From positions 1 through 57,880 of IMG/VR virus record IMGVR_UViG_3300049473_000108: a stretch of DNA of 57,880 bases; one strand, given 5' to 3'. The notes under the pieces were generated by a model, which was not told the origin of the DNA, did no database searches, and was given only the letters and a program-made list of their open reading frames with translations. Positions 38,573 through 46,394 of this stretch are shown in pieces. A program made the translations under genes and the position numbers. The stretch's first letter is position 1. Each line of letters begins with the position of its first letter. This DNA comes from a virus (taxonomy: Duplodnaviria; Caudoviricetes).

Positions 38573-38823
38573 ACAGCTATCTTTAAAATTGGTTTTTGAT
38601 CGTCCCGACAAAGAATATAACGGTGTTCGCTCAATTCGTGATACATCCAGCCAAATGCCCTTCTGCGTCTTTTGCATGATACCTTTTCGTTGTCTATCCG
38701 AACGTCAGGCTTGCGGCTCATAGGAGTGCGCCCGGCTTCGTGGCCGTAAGCCCTTGCGATGTTGACGACTTCCCTTTCAAAGTTGTCGCCTTTACGTTTG
38801 GGGGATTTGCCGCCCTTGCTCAT
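38560..38823 (-). CDS. Holliday junction resolvase-like PD-(D/E)XK nuclease (start MSKGG)
   Basis: KRKGDNFEREVV, PDV and SCKR motifs of Hjc-like phage resolvases. Confidence 0.7.
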   Translation of the reverse strand: MSKGGKSPKRKGDNFEREVVNIARAYGHEAGRTPMSRKPDVRIDNEKVSCKRRRRAFGWMYHELSEHRYILCRDDQKPILKIAVWKP

Positions 38824-39047
38824 GGGTTTGCCTCTCCCGTTACCCACACAATCCTGATTCCTGGAATTCGCATAAAAACAAGCCTTCCCGTTCTTTTGAA
38901 CCCGAACCAATTTTCAAAAGGATTCCACACATACAAGGCAATGCGGACAATACCGAATACTGGCTTATGTTTGATCGAGCCTAGCTTTAAAATTCGGTTC
39001 ATCTCTACAATTCCACTCCCCTCACATAGTATATCCTCGGCCTCCAT
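38820..39047 (-). CDS. Hypothetical protein
   Basis: 75-aa ORF coupled to the resolvase gene. Confidence 0.4.
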   Translation of the reverse strand: MEAEDILCEGSGIVEMNRILKLGSIKHKPVFGIVRIALYVWNPFENWFGFKRTGRLVFMRIPGIRIVWVTGEANP

Positions 39048-39442
39048 CCTGTCCTTTCCAGAGGAAATACCTCGCCTATCGTCTTCAACATCTCAAAGAT
39101 ATCCCACTTATTGATGGTTACGCTCGCTTGCAGTTCCTTAAACGTGATAGGCCTGGTAAGCAGCTTGAGAAAGGCATAATGGCGCTTGATTCTCGAATGC
39201 CTTCCCCGATGGCCTGCCTTGGAGATGAAGGCTTGCATCTCCTTGTTGCATTCCATGCATTCCCAGTGCTCTATTTTGGCATCGTCAGACATTGGGCTTC
39301 GAGGTCCATAGTGATTGAGGCTGCTCCGCCTCCAGATGCAATAGGATTTCCGGATAGTGGCTTTGATGCGGGGGCAGTAGAAGTAGTCGAGGCTATTGAG
39401 TTGGCTGTTTATGATATGTTGTGCGGGGAGAGGCAATGTCAT
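39005..39442 (-). CDS. Cys-containing protein with possible C-terminal winged helix
   Basis: YFYCP..C..C..C followed by a helix-turn-helix-like tail. Confidence 0.5.
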   Translation of the reverse strand: MTLPLPAQHIINSQLNSLDYFYCPRIKATIRKSYCIWRRSSLNHYGPRSPMSDDAKIEHWECMECNKEMQAFISKAGHRGRHSRIKRHYAFLKLLTRPITFKELQASVTINKWDIFEMLKTIGEVFPLERTGWRPRIYYVRGVEL

Positions 39443-39484
39443 TGATATAGACGGACTTTACTTTATTAAATTAATTTTTGTTTT

Positions 39485-39703
39485 TTATTGTTTTGACTCC
39501 TCAAAGGTCTCTGTGTAATACTTATCCCAGAATTCGGGAGTGTCCTGTTTATCAGTAATATCCTGGAGAATGTATTTGCGGATAGCGTCGGAAACCACTT
39601 GGCTTCGGCTTGTGAAGCGTTCTCGGGCGAGAGCATCAATCATCCTGACGAGTCGAGGATCAAGGGAGATAGAAAATTGCTCTTTATCTAAATTTCTAGG
39701 CAT
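39485..39703 (-). CDS. Ribbon-helix-helix (CopG/NikR-type) regulator
   Basis: FSISLDPRLVRMIDALA....SRSQVVSDAIRKYI. Confidence 0.85.
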   Translation of the reverse strand: MPRNLDKEQFSISLDPRLVRMIDALARERFTSRSQVVSDAIRKYILQDITDKQDTPEFWDKYYTETFEESKQ

Positions 39704-39714
39704 AGGAGGTCTCC

Positions 39715-39987
39715 ATGAGAAAAGTAGCTCTAATACTTATCGCTCTGCTTTTATCCGTGGGTCTGGCATATGGGCAGGATAAGTGGACTGTTGAGCCCAT
39801 GTATCCGGACCTTGTGCCGAATGATGGCTTTCTGGATAAAGGCACGTGGCAAAATCCATATGTAATCAGGGATTTCTTAGGTAATACAAAAGGCACAATT
39901 AAGCCCCTGTACCCGGACTTGCATCCAAATGACGGGTTCCTCGATTCGGGCACTGTGTTTAACCCATGGGTCATCGAACCTGAATAA
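39715..39987 (+). CDS. Small secreted protein with two internal repeats
   Basis: GGAGG RBS; signal peptide; PMYPDLVPNDGFLDKGTWQNPYVI / PLYPDLHPNDGFLDSGTVFNPWVI. Confidence 0.75.
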   Translation: MRKVALILIALLLSVGLAYGQDKWTVEPMYPDLVPNDGFLDKGTWQNPYVIRDFLGNTKGTIKPLYPDLHPNDGFLDSGTVFNPWVIEPE

Positions 39988-40003
39988 CTAATCTCACATT
40001 GAA

Positions 40004-40030
40004 AGGGGAGCGTGTCGGCGCTCCCCTCCT
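40004..40030. terminator. GC hairpin between converging genes
   Basis: aggggagcg-tgtcgg-cgctcccct. Confidence 0.45.
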
Positions 40031-40043
40031 CCTAAAACGACTC

Positions 40044-40256
40044 CTAATCGAGGCCGGGAGCCGTTTTTTGTTGTGGACATAAAAGCTCAGTTAGACTTAC
40101 CAAGCCGCTAGTGGCCTTTTCTATTTTGAACGCATTACTTGCGGATACCGCTTTCCCGTTTACAGCTCGGGAGATAGTAGATTGACTGAGATTATGTTTT
40201 TTGGCGAATGCCAGGCCGCTAAGATTCTGGGTTTCAAGGAAATTTTTTAGATACAT
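40044..40256 (-). CDS. Cro-like XRE HTH regulator
   Basis: MYLKNFL..FAKK..LSQSTISRAVNG...A.KIEKATSG.VS..EL. Confidence 0.85.
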   Translation of the reverse strand: MYLKNFLETQNLSGLAFAKKHNLSQSTISRAVNGKAVSASNAFKIEKATSGLVSLTELLCPQQKTAPGLD

Positions 40257-40263
40257 GAATCGG

Positions 40264-40291
40264 ATTATGCATATTTGATTAAAAATGTCAA
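40264..40291 (-). promoter_or_regulatory. Sigma70-type leftward promoter overlapping a putative operator
   Basis: TTGACA-16 nt-CATAAT ending a few nt before the cro-like ATG; includes TCAAATATGCATAAT. Confidence 0.65.
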
Positions 40292-40297
40292 GAGGAA

Positions 40298-40522
40298 ATG
40301 ATTCCTGAAAGCACTAAGCAGGCCATTATTGCCAAAGCCAAAGAAATGGGCTATGCTGATCATTCTGGCAAAATCTCGCAAGTGGGCATAAATACTACAA
40401 GATTGGCTAAAGATGCTGGCTTAAATCAATCCACTCTCTGGAGATTTCTAAATGGCAAAACCGATATGGGATATAAAAAGCTGCAAAAGCTTTATCGTTA
40501 TCTCGGAATTCCCTACCTTTAA
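40298..40522 (+). CDS. XRE HTH repressor-like protein
   Basis: TRLAKDAGLNQSTLWRFLNGKTDM...LQKLYRYLGI. Confidence 0.8.
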   Translation: MIPESTKQAIIAKAKEMGYADHSGKISQVGINTTRLAKDAGLNQSTLWRFLNGKTDMGYKKLQKLYRYLGIPYL

Positions 40523-40584
40523 AAAAAACATTTCAATAAAATCGAATAGTTAGAGCTGCTCTTGAAACTCCATTCATTTTTTTG

Positions 40585-40612
40585 TTGTGTTTATTATTCA
40601 AATATGCATAAT
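40585..40612 (+). promoter_or_regulatory. Rightward promoter carrying the second copy of the operator
   Basis: TTGTGT-16 nt-CATAAT; TCAAATATGCATAAT at 40598-40612 is the inverted copy of 40264-40278. Confidence 0.55.
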
Positions 40613-40622
40613 AAACCTTAAA

Positions 40623-41117
40623 ATGACAAAGCAAGAACAGTCCAAAAATTCCGAAATCTGTATCTACTGTGCCGAACGGCCCGTCTGGATAAGGACAAGG
40701 AAATTGTGTCGTCCGTGTTATAACAAGCTGTATCGCGAAGGAAAACTCATTCGTATGTCTGACATTAGGCATGTAAAAAAACATTTTAGGACCAAAGGTT
40801 TAAATTCACTTACTTCTCGTCAAATCATCAATCAGTACGAACAACTAGGGGAACTGGAGTTCATTAAGAATTATTTCAATCACAAAAATTGGATCCCCCA
40901 ACCCGCTAACTTTTACCTCGATGGTCTGAAGTATACCCCTGACTTCTATGATGCGGAAAGAAACGTCTTCGTCGAAGTCTCCCGGACAAGGCAAGCTTAT
41001 GGGCAAAACAAGCACAAATATCAATTATTTCGGGAACTGTTCCCTCAACTGAATTTTGAAATCCGCAAGCCTTCTGGAGAACTATTGGATGAAACCACCA
41101 GACAAAAACAACCCTAA
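40623..41117 (+). CDS. Zn-finger plus PD-(D/E)XK nuclease-like protein
   Basis: CIYC..LCRPCY; YTPDFYD....FVEV. Confidence 0.65.
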   Translation: MTKQEQSKNSEICIYCAERPVWIRTRKLCRPCYNKLYREGKLIRMSDIRHVKKHFRTKGLNSLTSRQIINQYEQLGELEFIKNYFNHKNWIPQPANFYLDGLKYTPDFYDAERNVFVEVSRTRQAYGQNKHKYQLFRELFPQLNFEIRKPSGELLDETTRQKQP

Positions 41118-41219
41118 GTTCAGGCCCCCCCGCACTATGGTTTGCAAGGGCAAACGCAAGAAGAAAGAGCGCCCTTTAGCTACCCTGCGGGAGGTGTGGC
41201 CTAAGAAGGAAACAAAAAC

Positions 41220-41402
41220 ATGAAAATGCCCAAATCCGACCTCGGCTACGTAGAAAGGCAATTCAGACAGTGTATCGGTTTAGGCTACTGTAAAGCGTGC
41301 CGTCAATGGGACGCATTGGTACTGCCTCGGCGGATATGCTTTGATTGCCTTAAATTGAGGCTAAAGGATGTCCGAGAAAGGATGCGGAAGGAACGCAAAT
41401 GA
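41220..41402 (+). CDS. Small Zn-finger protein
   Basis: CKAC...CFDC. Confidence 0.5.
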   Translation: MKMPKSDLGYVERQFRQCIGLGYCKACRQWDALVLPRRICFDCLKLRLKDVRERMRKERK

Positions 41403-41500
41403 AAACCATCGAAGAGACTAGAAACTTCTTTAAGGGCCTCCTAATAGCCTCGGCTATATCCTTAGCTTTCTGGCCCCTAATGGGATGGATATTCCTATGA
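41399..41500 (+). CDS. Small membrane peptide (33 aa)
   Basis: MKTIEETRNFFKGLLIASAISLAFWPLMGWIFL; ATGA coupling. Confidence 0.55.
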   Translation: MKTIEETRNFFKGLLIASAISLAFWPLMGWIFL

Positions 41501-41691
41501 TGAAGATAAATCTCCTCCGCAACCTTGGCTGGTCAGGCCAATATTACCTCATCAGCCGAAAAAGGTTTGAACTCCTTGCTGAATCTCATCGCAATTTCGG
41601 AAAGGCGAAAGGGATCCGAGCCTTAAAGGAAGCTGCTTGCAGGAACGTGGCTATTGAGCATTTAATCGCACAACTAAAGGATGAAAAATGA
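41485..41691 (+). CDS. Hypothetical protein
   Basis: ORF coupled on both sides. Confidence 0.5.
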   Translation: MDIPMMKINLLRNLGWSGQYYLISRKRFELLAESHRNFGKAKGIRALKEAACRNVAIEHLIAQLKDEK

Positions 41692-41777
41692 ACATGAAAG
41701 GCGTTGTCATCGCTATGGCAATCAGTCTAGGCCTTTGGGCCTTGATCTTGTGGGCGCTGTTTAAACTGTGGGACTAA
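41688..41777 (+). CDS. Small membrane peptide (29 aa), paralog of 41399-41500
   Basis: MNMKGVVIAMAISLGLWALILWALFKLWD. Confidence 0.55.
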   Translation: MNMKGVVIAMAISLGLWALILWALFKLWD

Positions 41778-41787
41778 GGGAGACAAC

Positions 41788-41940
41788 ATGCTCGAAATCG
41801 TACTGATAGGCTTCGGTTTTGCCTGCTTTTACTTTTTCTATCCCCGTCGCAAAGAGCCGAGAAAATTCAGGAAGGGCGAGCAAGTTCTGGACAATGCCGC
41901 TTTAGGCTTGCTGGCTGGACGCTTAAAGGAGAAAAACTGA
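41788..41940 (+). CDS. Small membrane protein (50 aa)
   Basis: GGGAG RBS; MLEIVLIGFGFACFYFFYPRRK... Confidence 0.5.
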   Translation: MLEIVLIGFGFACFYFFYPRRKEPRKFRKGEQVLDNAALGLLAGRLKEKN

Positions 41941-41941
41941 A

Positions 41942-42181
41942 ATGTCTAAGAAGAAGCGATACATCGATATTTGTAGAGAACGCAATGAGCCTATATTTGA
42001 TTATGAATGCCCTAAATGCGGTTGGAATGCTATCCGCGAGCAGGGACTTAGAACCGGTTATTGTGAAATTGTGGAATCGCAAAAGACTGTGACTGACTTC
42101 GGCCCCGGAGTGGGATTCTTAATAAAGTGCGTTTGTCCGGTTTGTGGCAGTCAATTTGAATACAGTGACGGGGCACCATAA
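41942..42181 (+). CDS. Zn-ribbon protein
   Basis: YECPKCG...CVCPVCG; AAGGAG RBS. Confidence 0.6.
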   Translation: MSKKKRYIDICRERNEPIFDYECPKCGWNAIREQGLRTGYCEIVESQKTVTDFGPGVGFLIKCVCPVCGSQFEYSDGAP

Positions 42182-42308
42182 TGAGCAGCTATCTCACTGT
42201 CGAAATCTACGAAGACGATAAACTAGTCGAAACCAGACAAATCCCGGTTGACGTGCCAACTCCTGTCTTAATCGAAATCCTCCGCCAAGAAGAGGAGCGA
42301 GGAAGAGA

Positions 42309-42629
42309 ATGGAAAGAGAAGACACAATCATCACAATAACATGGTGGAACATACTGAAACTCCTTTGGGTATTCATCGTTACCATTTTCATCGCCTATTC
42401 CTTGCTTATTGACACCGATAATCTGAGAAAGTGGGACATTCAATATCGGCGCGACCAGCTTCAGGAGGAAATCCTGGCACAGCATAACGTCATAAATGGT
42501 AAGCTCATAGAGATACTTACAAAGTTAGCGAAATCGTTGCCTGATTTAGGAGCGCAGCAACCAGATGAACCTGGCGGGCAAGAATCCCAGAGTGCCATTG
42601 ATAAGTCTCATTGGCCATGCCACATATGA
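42309..42629 (+). CDS. Single-pass membrane protein
   Basis: Hydrophobic helix WWNILKLLWVFIVTIFIAYSLLI followed by coiled coil. Confidence 0.6.
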   Translation: MEREDTIITITWWNILKLLWVFIVTIFIAYSLLIDTDNLRKWDIQYRRDQLQEEILAQHNVINGKLIEILTKLAKSLPDLGAQQPDEPGGQESQSAIDKSHWPCHI

Positions 42630-42692
42630 GCTGATGGCAAGGGACTAGCTCTAAATAGCCGAGCAACTGGAGCGATTGTTCTTTGAAATTAT

Positions 42693-42768
42693 GCTGGCAA
42701 GTAGCTCAGATTGCAAGAGCACGGACAGGTTCCGAGGTCGATGTCGTGAATAGGCGCCCTTTGCCAGC
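42693..42768 (+). ncRNA. Degenerate tRNA-like element
   Basis: GCTGGCAA/TTGCCAGC closing stem, TAGCTCAG..GAGC D-arm, CGGA/TCCG stem with short loop, AGGTC; T-arm non-canonical. Confidence 0.45.
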
Positions 42769-42970
42769 GGCGGCCAAATTCTCGGTTAATGGCACCCGCA
42801 CACCGAGTTCGGGTTAAAACCGCTGGCAGAAAATGCCTATAGCCGTGGGGGAGTCAAGCGCAAAGAGACGCACGACGATGATCCTGTGAGGGCAACACAA
42901 GGGAAATTACCTCTCCGTTGTTGCTACGGCAAAGACGGACCAAAGAAACGGCCTCCTTGTGGCATCAAAT

Positions 42971-43135
42971 GGGCTGCGTGGCGTTCTGGGAAAACGCTGA
43001 GCAGCGTCAAGTCGGCTACTTCACCCTTCGTGGTCGCCTTTAAGTAGGTGGACAGTACCGATGCAAGTCGCAGATAGAGAAACTGTAAAGCCAGGCCGAT
43101 GCCGACAAATTAGGTTCGAATCCTGGCGCAGCCCA
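42971..43135 (+). ncRNA. tRNA-like RNA with ~110-nt insertion in place of the anticodon arm
   Basis: Acceptor GGGCTGCG/CGCAGCCC, D-arm GCGT..GG..ACGC, T-arm TTAGG-TTCGAAT-CCTGG; insert contains a closing GTCGGC/GCCGAC stem. Confidence 0.55.
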
Positions 43136-43241
43136 TCAAATCTTTCCCCGCCCTCCGCATAGAGCGGACAGGCCAGATTACAAGCGTGGAAGAGGGTCAA
43201 TAAGCCTGAAGGGCGGGGAAGATAAAATAAGGAGGACCAAT

Positions 43242-43451
43242 ATGTTTTCAATACGCCAAAAGCGCGAGATAGCAGATAAGGTCCAACAGATATTGCGCGA
43301 GACTGAACACCCTGAATTGCCGAAAGGGGAAATACGCTTTCTTCTGCATGTAGAAGGTGCGGAAGCGTGGTCATGGGCTGATATTCGCAATAATGGTGCA
43401 GTTACAAATCCAATCGTAAATCCGTTTAACGAAATACAAGATAAACGCTAA
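43242..43451 (+). CDS. Conserved small phage protein
   Basis: AAGGAGG RBS; MFSIRQKREIADKVQQILRET.HPELP. Confidence 0.7.
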   Translation: MFSIRQKREIADKVQQILRETEHPELPKGEIRFLLHVEGAEAWSWADIRNNGAVTNPIVNPFNEIQDKR

Positions 43452-43540
43452 GATCAGCCGGAAGAGTCCCATTGCCGTGAGGCATGGGCGGGTTTAACTC
43501 CTTTCCCCGTGTGGTGCTCTTCCGGCTTGGAGAAAAAACG

Positions 43541-43780
43541 ATGAAAAGGAACTATCTTAAATACATATCAATCACCAGTAAAGATATAAAAGAGCAACGC
43601 ATAGGTGAGTACATTATCCTATCCGATAGGCCTCCAAGGGTTCCTTATTATGCTGTAAGAATAAAAATCGTTCGATACGAGTCCAGATATATGATGGATA
43701 GACCAGCCCCCCCATTGTTACGGCGGCTTCTTTGTGCCTGCAGGGAGGCAAAAATTATATTTGCGAATGCTATGCAATAA
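43541..43780 (+). CDS. Hypothetical protein
   Basis: GGAG RBS then ATG at 43541. Confidence 0.5.
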   Translation: MKRNYLKYISITSKDIKEQRIGEYIILSDRPPRVPYYAVRIKIVRYESRYMMDRPAPPLLRRLLCACREAKIIFANAMQ

Positions 43781-43835
43781 TCATGGAGCTAGCCTTTGTT
43801 TTACCTGAGTGAGCTCTTCCGGCTAGGGAGGAAAA

Positions 43836-43982
43836 ATGAAATATACTCCAGAGTTTATAAAGGCTTGGGAAAAATATAGTGGCTTAAAATGGGACGAGGA
43901 TCGTCAAGGCGGCTTCAATCTATCTTTCAGGGATTTCAAGGCTGGATGGGATGCCTGCCAAGAAGCAAGGAGAATTAAATAA
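43836..43982 (+). CDS. Small hypothetical protein (48 aa)
   Basis: GGGAGG RBS; MKYTPEFIKAWEKY...FKAGWDA. Confidence 0.55.
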   Translation: MKYTPEFIKAWEKYSGLKWDEDRQGGFNLSFRDFKAGWDACQEARRIK

Positions 43983-44188
43983 TGGGCTTTCTTAGCAGAA
44001 TGTATGGCAAACGAAACAAAGACTTTGTGCAGGGCGTCTTGGTCGGAATAGCTTTTTACCATGATTACGTTGACTGTTTCGGAACCGCCAAAAACATGAA
44101 GGATGCCCTCAAGGAAGCAATAGAGGACTTAGCTGAAAATCCAGAGGATTTCAATATCGAGGAGATATTGGAAAAAGGTTACATTTAG
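43982..44188 (+). CDS. Hypothetical protein
   Basis: TAATG coupling; AAGGAG RBS. Confidence 0.55.
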   Translation: MGFLSRMYGKRNKDFVQGVLVGIAFYHDYVDCFGTAKNMKDALKEAIEDLAENPEDFNIEEILEKGYI

Positions 44189-44289
44189 AGCAATGGATCC
44201 CGAAGAAATATTTTTAATTGGTTTCAGTCTAGGCATGGCAATAACAGCCTTGATGGTGATTGTAGTTATTTTGTTGATGGAGCCGAAAG

Positions 44290-44823
44290 GTGGAATATCT
44301 AAGAGTTAGCACAATTCTTGAGCCTTTCATAGATTGGACCAACATTCCAGTTGACCGGAAGGAATACGCTGCTGAAAGGGGAACTCAAGTCCATCGGATT
44401 TGTCTTGAAGGATTGGCAAGAGGTATATGGATCCCACACATCCCAGAGGATTGCAAGGGCTATGTGAAGAGCTTCGAGATATTCCTGAAGGAAATGGTCG
44501 TTTTAGTAGTCGAAACCGAAATCAGGCTTTATGACAATGACTATGGATACACAGGCCAGCTCGATCTGATATGCCAGATGCTGAACCAGGGAATTGTCAT
44601 CCTAGATTTAAAAACTCCAATCACAAAATACAAGGTCTGGCAGGGAGCTTTGGCTGCATATAAGAATCTTGCAGTAAAGAATGGCTATCCCATTAGAAAG
44701 GCCGGAACATTGCAACTCGATCCAAAAGGGGGAAGCCCAAAAGTAGATTGGTTGAAGGATGAGGCCCAGGCATTTCAGGCATTCTTGTGTGGGCTGCATG
44801 CTGTGAGGTGGTTTAGCAGCTAA
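44290..44823 (+). CDS. PD-(D/E)XK (Cas4/RecB-like) recombination exonuclease
   Basis: RVSTIL, AAERGTQVH, ETEIRL, YTGQLDLI, ILDLKT and LAAY motifs. Confidence 0.8.
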   Translation: MEYLRVSTILEPFIDWTNIPVDRKEYAAERGTQVHRICLEGLARGIWIPHIPEDCKGYVKSFEIFLKEMVVLVVETEIRLYDNDYGYTGQLDLICQMLNQGIVILDLKTPITKYKVWQGALAAYKNLAVKNGYPIRKAGTLQLDPKGGSPKVDWLKDEAQAFQAFLCGLHAVRWFSS

Positions 44824-44830
44824 AAAACGC

Positions 44831-45019
44831 ATGGAAGCATATAAGATATTGACATCGATCCGTCAGATGGCCTGGCAAAGAGCCAAAGGCGAGTTAATGG
44901 CATTCTTGGAGACATTTTGGCCCGAATGCGATAGTAGAGGTCAGCTAGCCGATAATGGCTTTGATGATGCGAAGAACAGGATCGAGAACTTCATCGAAGA
45001 TATGGAAAACAATCTATAA
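44831..45019 (+). CDS. Hypothetical protein
   Basis: 62-aa ORF in the operon. Confidence 0.5.
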   Translation: MEAYKILTSIRQMAWQRAKGELMAFLETFWPECDSRGQLADNGFDDAKNRIENFIEDMENNL

Positions 45020-45041
45020 CGATAAAAGGTAGGAGGAGTTT

Positions 45042-45830
45042 ATGCCTAAATCAGTCAATATAGACTTCAGCGCCATAAGCTCAGGAAAGAAAGACGAAGC
45101 ATTAGCACCAATAGTGCCCGAGGTTACTGTCTTCAACGGCGAGGCCATGCTTATCAAAGTCCCGCAAGCCAAGGCCGCCATTGATGCCTATTATTTCCAG
45201 GCCATCGAAATAAGGGACGGTGCCCTCAGTATAAAGGTTGCGGATGCGAAAACTCGTGAGCAGGCCTCGGAGATGGGAGTCAGGATTAAAAACCTAGTTA
45301 AAGACATAGACCTTGCGGTCGAGAATGTCACGGGGGAGGCAAAGAAATTCGTTTCCGAGATAACTAATTCCGCCAAAAAAATCAAGATCGAGCTAGAGAA
45401 AGGGAAGCATTATCTAGCTGATGAACTCCTAAAAGATAAACAGCGCCAGGATCTTGAGCGCAGAAAGCAAGAAGAGGCAATGCGGAAAGCGGACGAGGCG
45501 AGAAGGAAAGCCCTCGAAAAAGAAGCCAAAAGACTTCATATCGAACCTCCTCCGATAGTAGAGACACCAGCATTGCCAAAAGATACTAAAGAGCAAAGGC
45601 AGACAAGAACCGATGTGGGCGTGAGTTTCGCAAGAGGAAAGTGGACTTACGAACTCTTGGATATAAATCAAGTGCCCCGAGAGTATCTTTTGCCCAAAGA
45701 GAATGGCGCTCTCATCAATCAGAAGATTAAACAGGGATTGCGGGATAAGGTGGATGAGAAAACAGGAAAAACCATTCCAGCTATACCCGGTTTGAAGATT
45801 ATTTATAAAGAGGATATTGCCTTCCGATGA
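45042..45830 (+). CDS. Coiled-coil recombination-module protein (Gp157/Gam-like)
   Basis: Long coiled coil; WTYELLDINQVPREYL and IPGLKI C-terminus. Confidence 0.6.
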   Translation: MPKSVNIDFSAISSGKKDEALAPIVPEVTVFNGEAMLIKVPQAKAAIDAYYFQAIEIRDGALSIKVADAKTREQASEMGVRIKNLVKDIDLAVENVTGEAKKFVSEITNSAKKIKIELEKGKHYLADELLKDKQRQDLERRKQEEAMRKADEARRKALEKEAKRLHIEPPPIVETPALPKDTKEQRQTRTDVGVSFARGKWTYELLDINQVPREYLLPKENGALINQKIKQGLRDKVDEKTGKTIPAIPGLKIIYKEDIAFR

Positions 45831-46381
45831 AAGAAGTTAATGCCACGTCCGAACGATGGCGATATATTCCAGAATTTCCTGATTATGCCATATCAAATAT
45901 CGGCAGAATAATAAGGATAACTAAAGCCCAAGGAACTTATCCTAGCTATGTATATAAGCTTACATTGGATAAAAAAGGATATCAAACAATTTGTCTCACA
46001 AAAAATGGTAAGGAATATGGGAAAAAAGTGCATCAATTAGTTGCTCTTGCATTTTTAGGACCTTGTCCGGATAAGCATGAGATAAATCATAAAGACGGCG
46101 TTAAAGCAAATAATCAACTAAATAATCTTGAATATGTCACTTCAAGTGAAAATCAAAGGCATGCACTTCGCATGGGATTGAAACGGAAACTGCGGGGATC
46201 ACAAAGTGGACATGTGAAATTGACTGAAGCTAAAGTTCTGGAAATCTTGGGCCTCTGGCGATTAGGCTGGCCTATAGCAAATATTGCTAGAGCATTTAAA
46301 GTGGCAGAAAGAACTATTGATCACATTGTTAGGGGCGATAGTTGGAATTGGCTTACTGGAATTAACAAACATAAGATTTAG
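45827..46381 (+). CDS. NUMOD4-HNH homing endonuclease
   Basis: ERWRYIP.FPDYAISNIGRI; VHQLVALAFLG..INHKDGVKANN.LNNLEYVT..EN. Confidence 0.9.
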   Translation: MKEVNATSERWRYIPEFPDYAISNIGRIIRITKAQGTYPSYVYKLTLDKKGYQTICLTKNGKEYGKKVHQLVALAFLGPCPDKHEINHKDGVKANNQLNNLEYVTSSENQRHALRMGLKRKLRGSQSGHVKLTEAKVLEILGLWRLGWPIANIARAFKVAERTIDHIVRGDSWNWLTGINKHKI

Positions 46382-46394
46382 ATAGGAGGCAATC

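Noticed and set aside
42971-43135. tmRNA or functional canonical tRNA
   Set aside because: It is too short and lacks the G3-U70 alanine acceptor and tag ORF for tmRNA; no anticodon loop can be assigned.
44290-44823. Cas4-like nuclease as part of a CRISPR system
   Set aside because: It lacks the Fe-S cysteine set and sits in the RecT recombination module, 10 kb from the RAMP gene on the other strand.
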